Origin: an uncultured Gemmatimonadales bacterium
Lineage (GTDB): Bacteria > Gemmatimonadota > Gemmatimonadetes > Palauibacterales > Palauibacteraceae
Assembly: GCA_947259585.1 (NCBI GenBank)
Contig: CAMYMV010000009.1
Location: 40,658 to 104,657 of the forward strand
Length of the DNA stretch: 64,000 nucleotides
Direction: 5' to 3'
Part shown: piece after piece, positions 62,731 through 64,000 of the stretch
Position numbering within the stretch: the first letter of the stretch is position 1
How the letters are laid out: each line of letters starts with the position of its first letter
Notes under the pieces: generated by a model
What the model was told of the DNA's origin: nothing
The model's input: the letters and a program-made list of their open reading frames with translations, nothing else
Database searches by the model: none
Position numbers and translations under genes: made by a program

Positions 62731-64000
62731 TGCGTCCATCGAAGGCTACGCGCGCAGTCGGTTATGCCACCCAACAGGCTATCGAGCTTTACCGAGATCC
62801 GGACGGCGAGGCTTACGCTGACGTTCCGGGTAGCAACGGCGCGCGCCGGACGATTCGCATCCGGACGCGGGAGTTTCGCTCGTGGCTCGGCGGGATCTTC
62901 TTCGCAGAGGAAGCCAACGCGCTAGGCGGCCAGTCCGCGACGGACGCGGTGGACGTAATAGCTGCGATGGCGGTCCATGCCGGCCGGGAACGCGAGATTT
63001 TCGTGCGGATCGCCGAAGGGCCGAACGGAGAAATCTATCTGGATCTCGGCGACAATAGTTGGCAGGCGATCCGGGTCACTCCCGATGGATGGGATGCCGT
63101 CACCGAGCCTCCAGTGCGCTTCCGCCGTCCGAGAGGGCTCCGGCCGTTGCCCGTGCCGGTCCGGGGCGCTGGCGACGGGTGGGGTGCACTGCAGGCCGTG
63201 CTACATGTAGCCGGCGATCGTGATTGGACGCTCCTCGTGGCGTGGCTCATCGGGGCGCTCCACCCGTTCGGCCCGTATCCGATTCTCGGCCTCACGGGAG
63301 AGCAGGGCACGGCGAAAACCACAACGGGCCGCATCCTTCGCTCAATCATTGACCCGTCCGCCGCACCGCTCAGAAGCCCACCCCGTGAGGACCGCGACCT
63401 CGTGATCGCTGCGAAGAACTCTCATGTCGTCGCCTTCGACAACCTCTCTCGCATCCCCTACTGGTTGTCGGACGCCTTATGCAGGATCGCCACCGGCGGC
63501 GGCTACGCGGCCCGGCAGCTCTATACGGACGGTGAGGAAGTGATCTACTCCGACCGGCGGCCGATCATCCTTACGTCGATTGAAGACGTGGCCACTCGAG
63601 GCGATCTCGCGGACCGTACAATCACGGTCACGCTTCCCCTCCTGCCGGAGAAGCTGAGGCGCACCGAAGCGGACCTTGATGGCGCGATGCAGCAGATCCG
63701 CCCTGCCGTGCTGGGGGACCTGTTCGATGCTCTAGCGCTTGGGCTCCGCCGACGGGATGCTGTCGAGCTGCCACGACTCCCTCGTATGGCCGACTTCGCT
63801 GCCTGGGTGGTCGCCTGCGAGCCGGCGTTGCCGTTTACGGATGGCGCGTTCCTCCACGCCTACGAAGCCGTGCGCGAAGATATGGTCGAAACGGGCATCG
63901 AGGCGGATCCGGTCGCTACGGCCCTGCTCTACCTCGTGCGCGAAGAGGGCTCGTGGACGGGCACTGCAACAGAGTTGCTCGCCGACCTGGATCGCCGTCG
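62727..64000 (+). CDS. P-loop protein of mobile-element replication type (open at right edge)
   Basis: Own translation from the ATG at 62727 (ATGA overlap) gives MMRPSKATRAVGYATQQAIELYRD...ILGLTGEQGTAKTTTGRIL (deviant Walker A)...HVVAFDNLS (Walker-B-like). I saw no stop through 64000, so it is absent from the ORF track. Confidence 0.65.
   Translation, partial: MMRPSKATRAVGYATQQAIELYRDPDGEAYADVPGSNGARRTIRIRTREFRSWLGGIFFAEEANALGGQSATDAVDVIAAMAVHAGREREIFVRIAEGPNGEIYLDLGDNSWQAIRVTPDGWDAVTEPPVRFRRPRGLRPLPVPVRGAGDGWGALQAVLHVAGDRDWTLLVAWLIGALHPFGPYPILGLTGEQGTAKTTTGRILRSIIDPSAAPLRSPPREDRDLVIAAKNSHVVAFDNLSRIPYWLSDALCRIATGGGYAARQLYTDGEEVIYSDRRPIILTSIEDVATRGDLADRTITVTLPLLPEKLRRTEADLDGAMQQIRPAVLGDLFDALALGLRRRDAVELPRLPRMADFAAWVVACEPALPFTDGAFLHAYEAVREDMVETGIEADPVATALLYLVREEGSWTGTATELLADLDRR

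Overview
High-GC (about 65%) bacterial chromosomal window; I cannot assign a taxon from sequence alone. There are four blocks.

(1) 1-9,980: a housekeeping block. It holds an M23 peptidase fragment, metG, a PSP1/RicT-like gene, accA, dnaE and a lipoprotein (all minus strand), followed by an extremely acidic Trp-Asp/Glu repeat protein and a SAM methyltransferase.

(2) 10,153-13,894: a scarred tRNA-Ile(GAU) locus. It contains a 5' tRNA fragment, a gene remnant and a 3' tRNA-like minihelix. A 139-bp direct repeat (119/139 identical by my manual count) brackets a UPF0182 membrane-protein gene.

(3) About 14-54.2 kb: a roughly 40-kb heavy-metal island.
- It carries a Cu-type P1B ATPase with a cupredoxin protein, a CusCBA/CzcCBA-type RND pump, and a CusRS-like two-component system.
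- It has five YHS/TRASH paralogues, DUF411, a CzcN-like ICMT, DUF2933-like and Spy/CpxP-like proteins, and Met/His-rich lipoproteins.
- It also has an orphan RnfE/RnfA/NuoA trio, an orphan Rieske protein and c-type cytochromes.
- A MerR-controlled mer-like operon lacks merA. It contains a thioredoxin-fold gene with an in-frame TGA exactly at the first Cys of the CxxC motif, followed by a hairpin, so it is a selenocysteine candidate.
- Two further modules are ArsR plus a Zn/Cd-type P1B ATPase, and ArsR plus an MtrA-like/DUF4346 protein.
- Eleven transcription units in the island are preceded by the same phased four-hexamer element, located 10-11 bp upstream of a TAnnnT box. This indicates a single regulon, probably driven by the island's OmpR-family regulator.

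(4) 54.9-64 kb: a lower-GC, mobile-element-like block. It holds a terminase large subunit with no other morphogenesis genes, a run of minus-strand accessory genes (VOC, HEPN Rx4H, HNH) each followed by a short shared repeat, an RHH protein, and an open-ended P-loop replication-type gene.

I recognised no rRNA, CRISPR array, transposase or integrase. Most long ORFs antisense to the genes listed are GC-driven shadow ORFs and are not reported.
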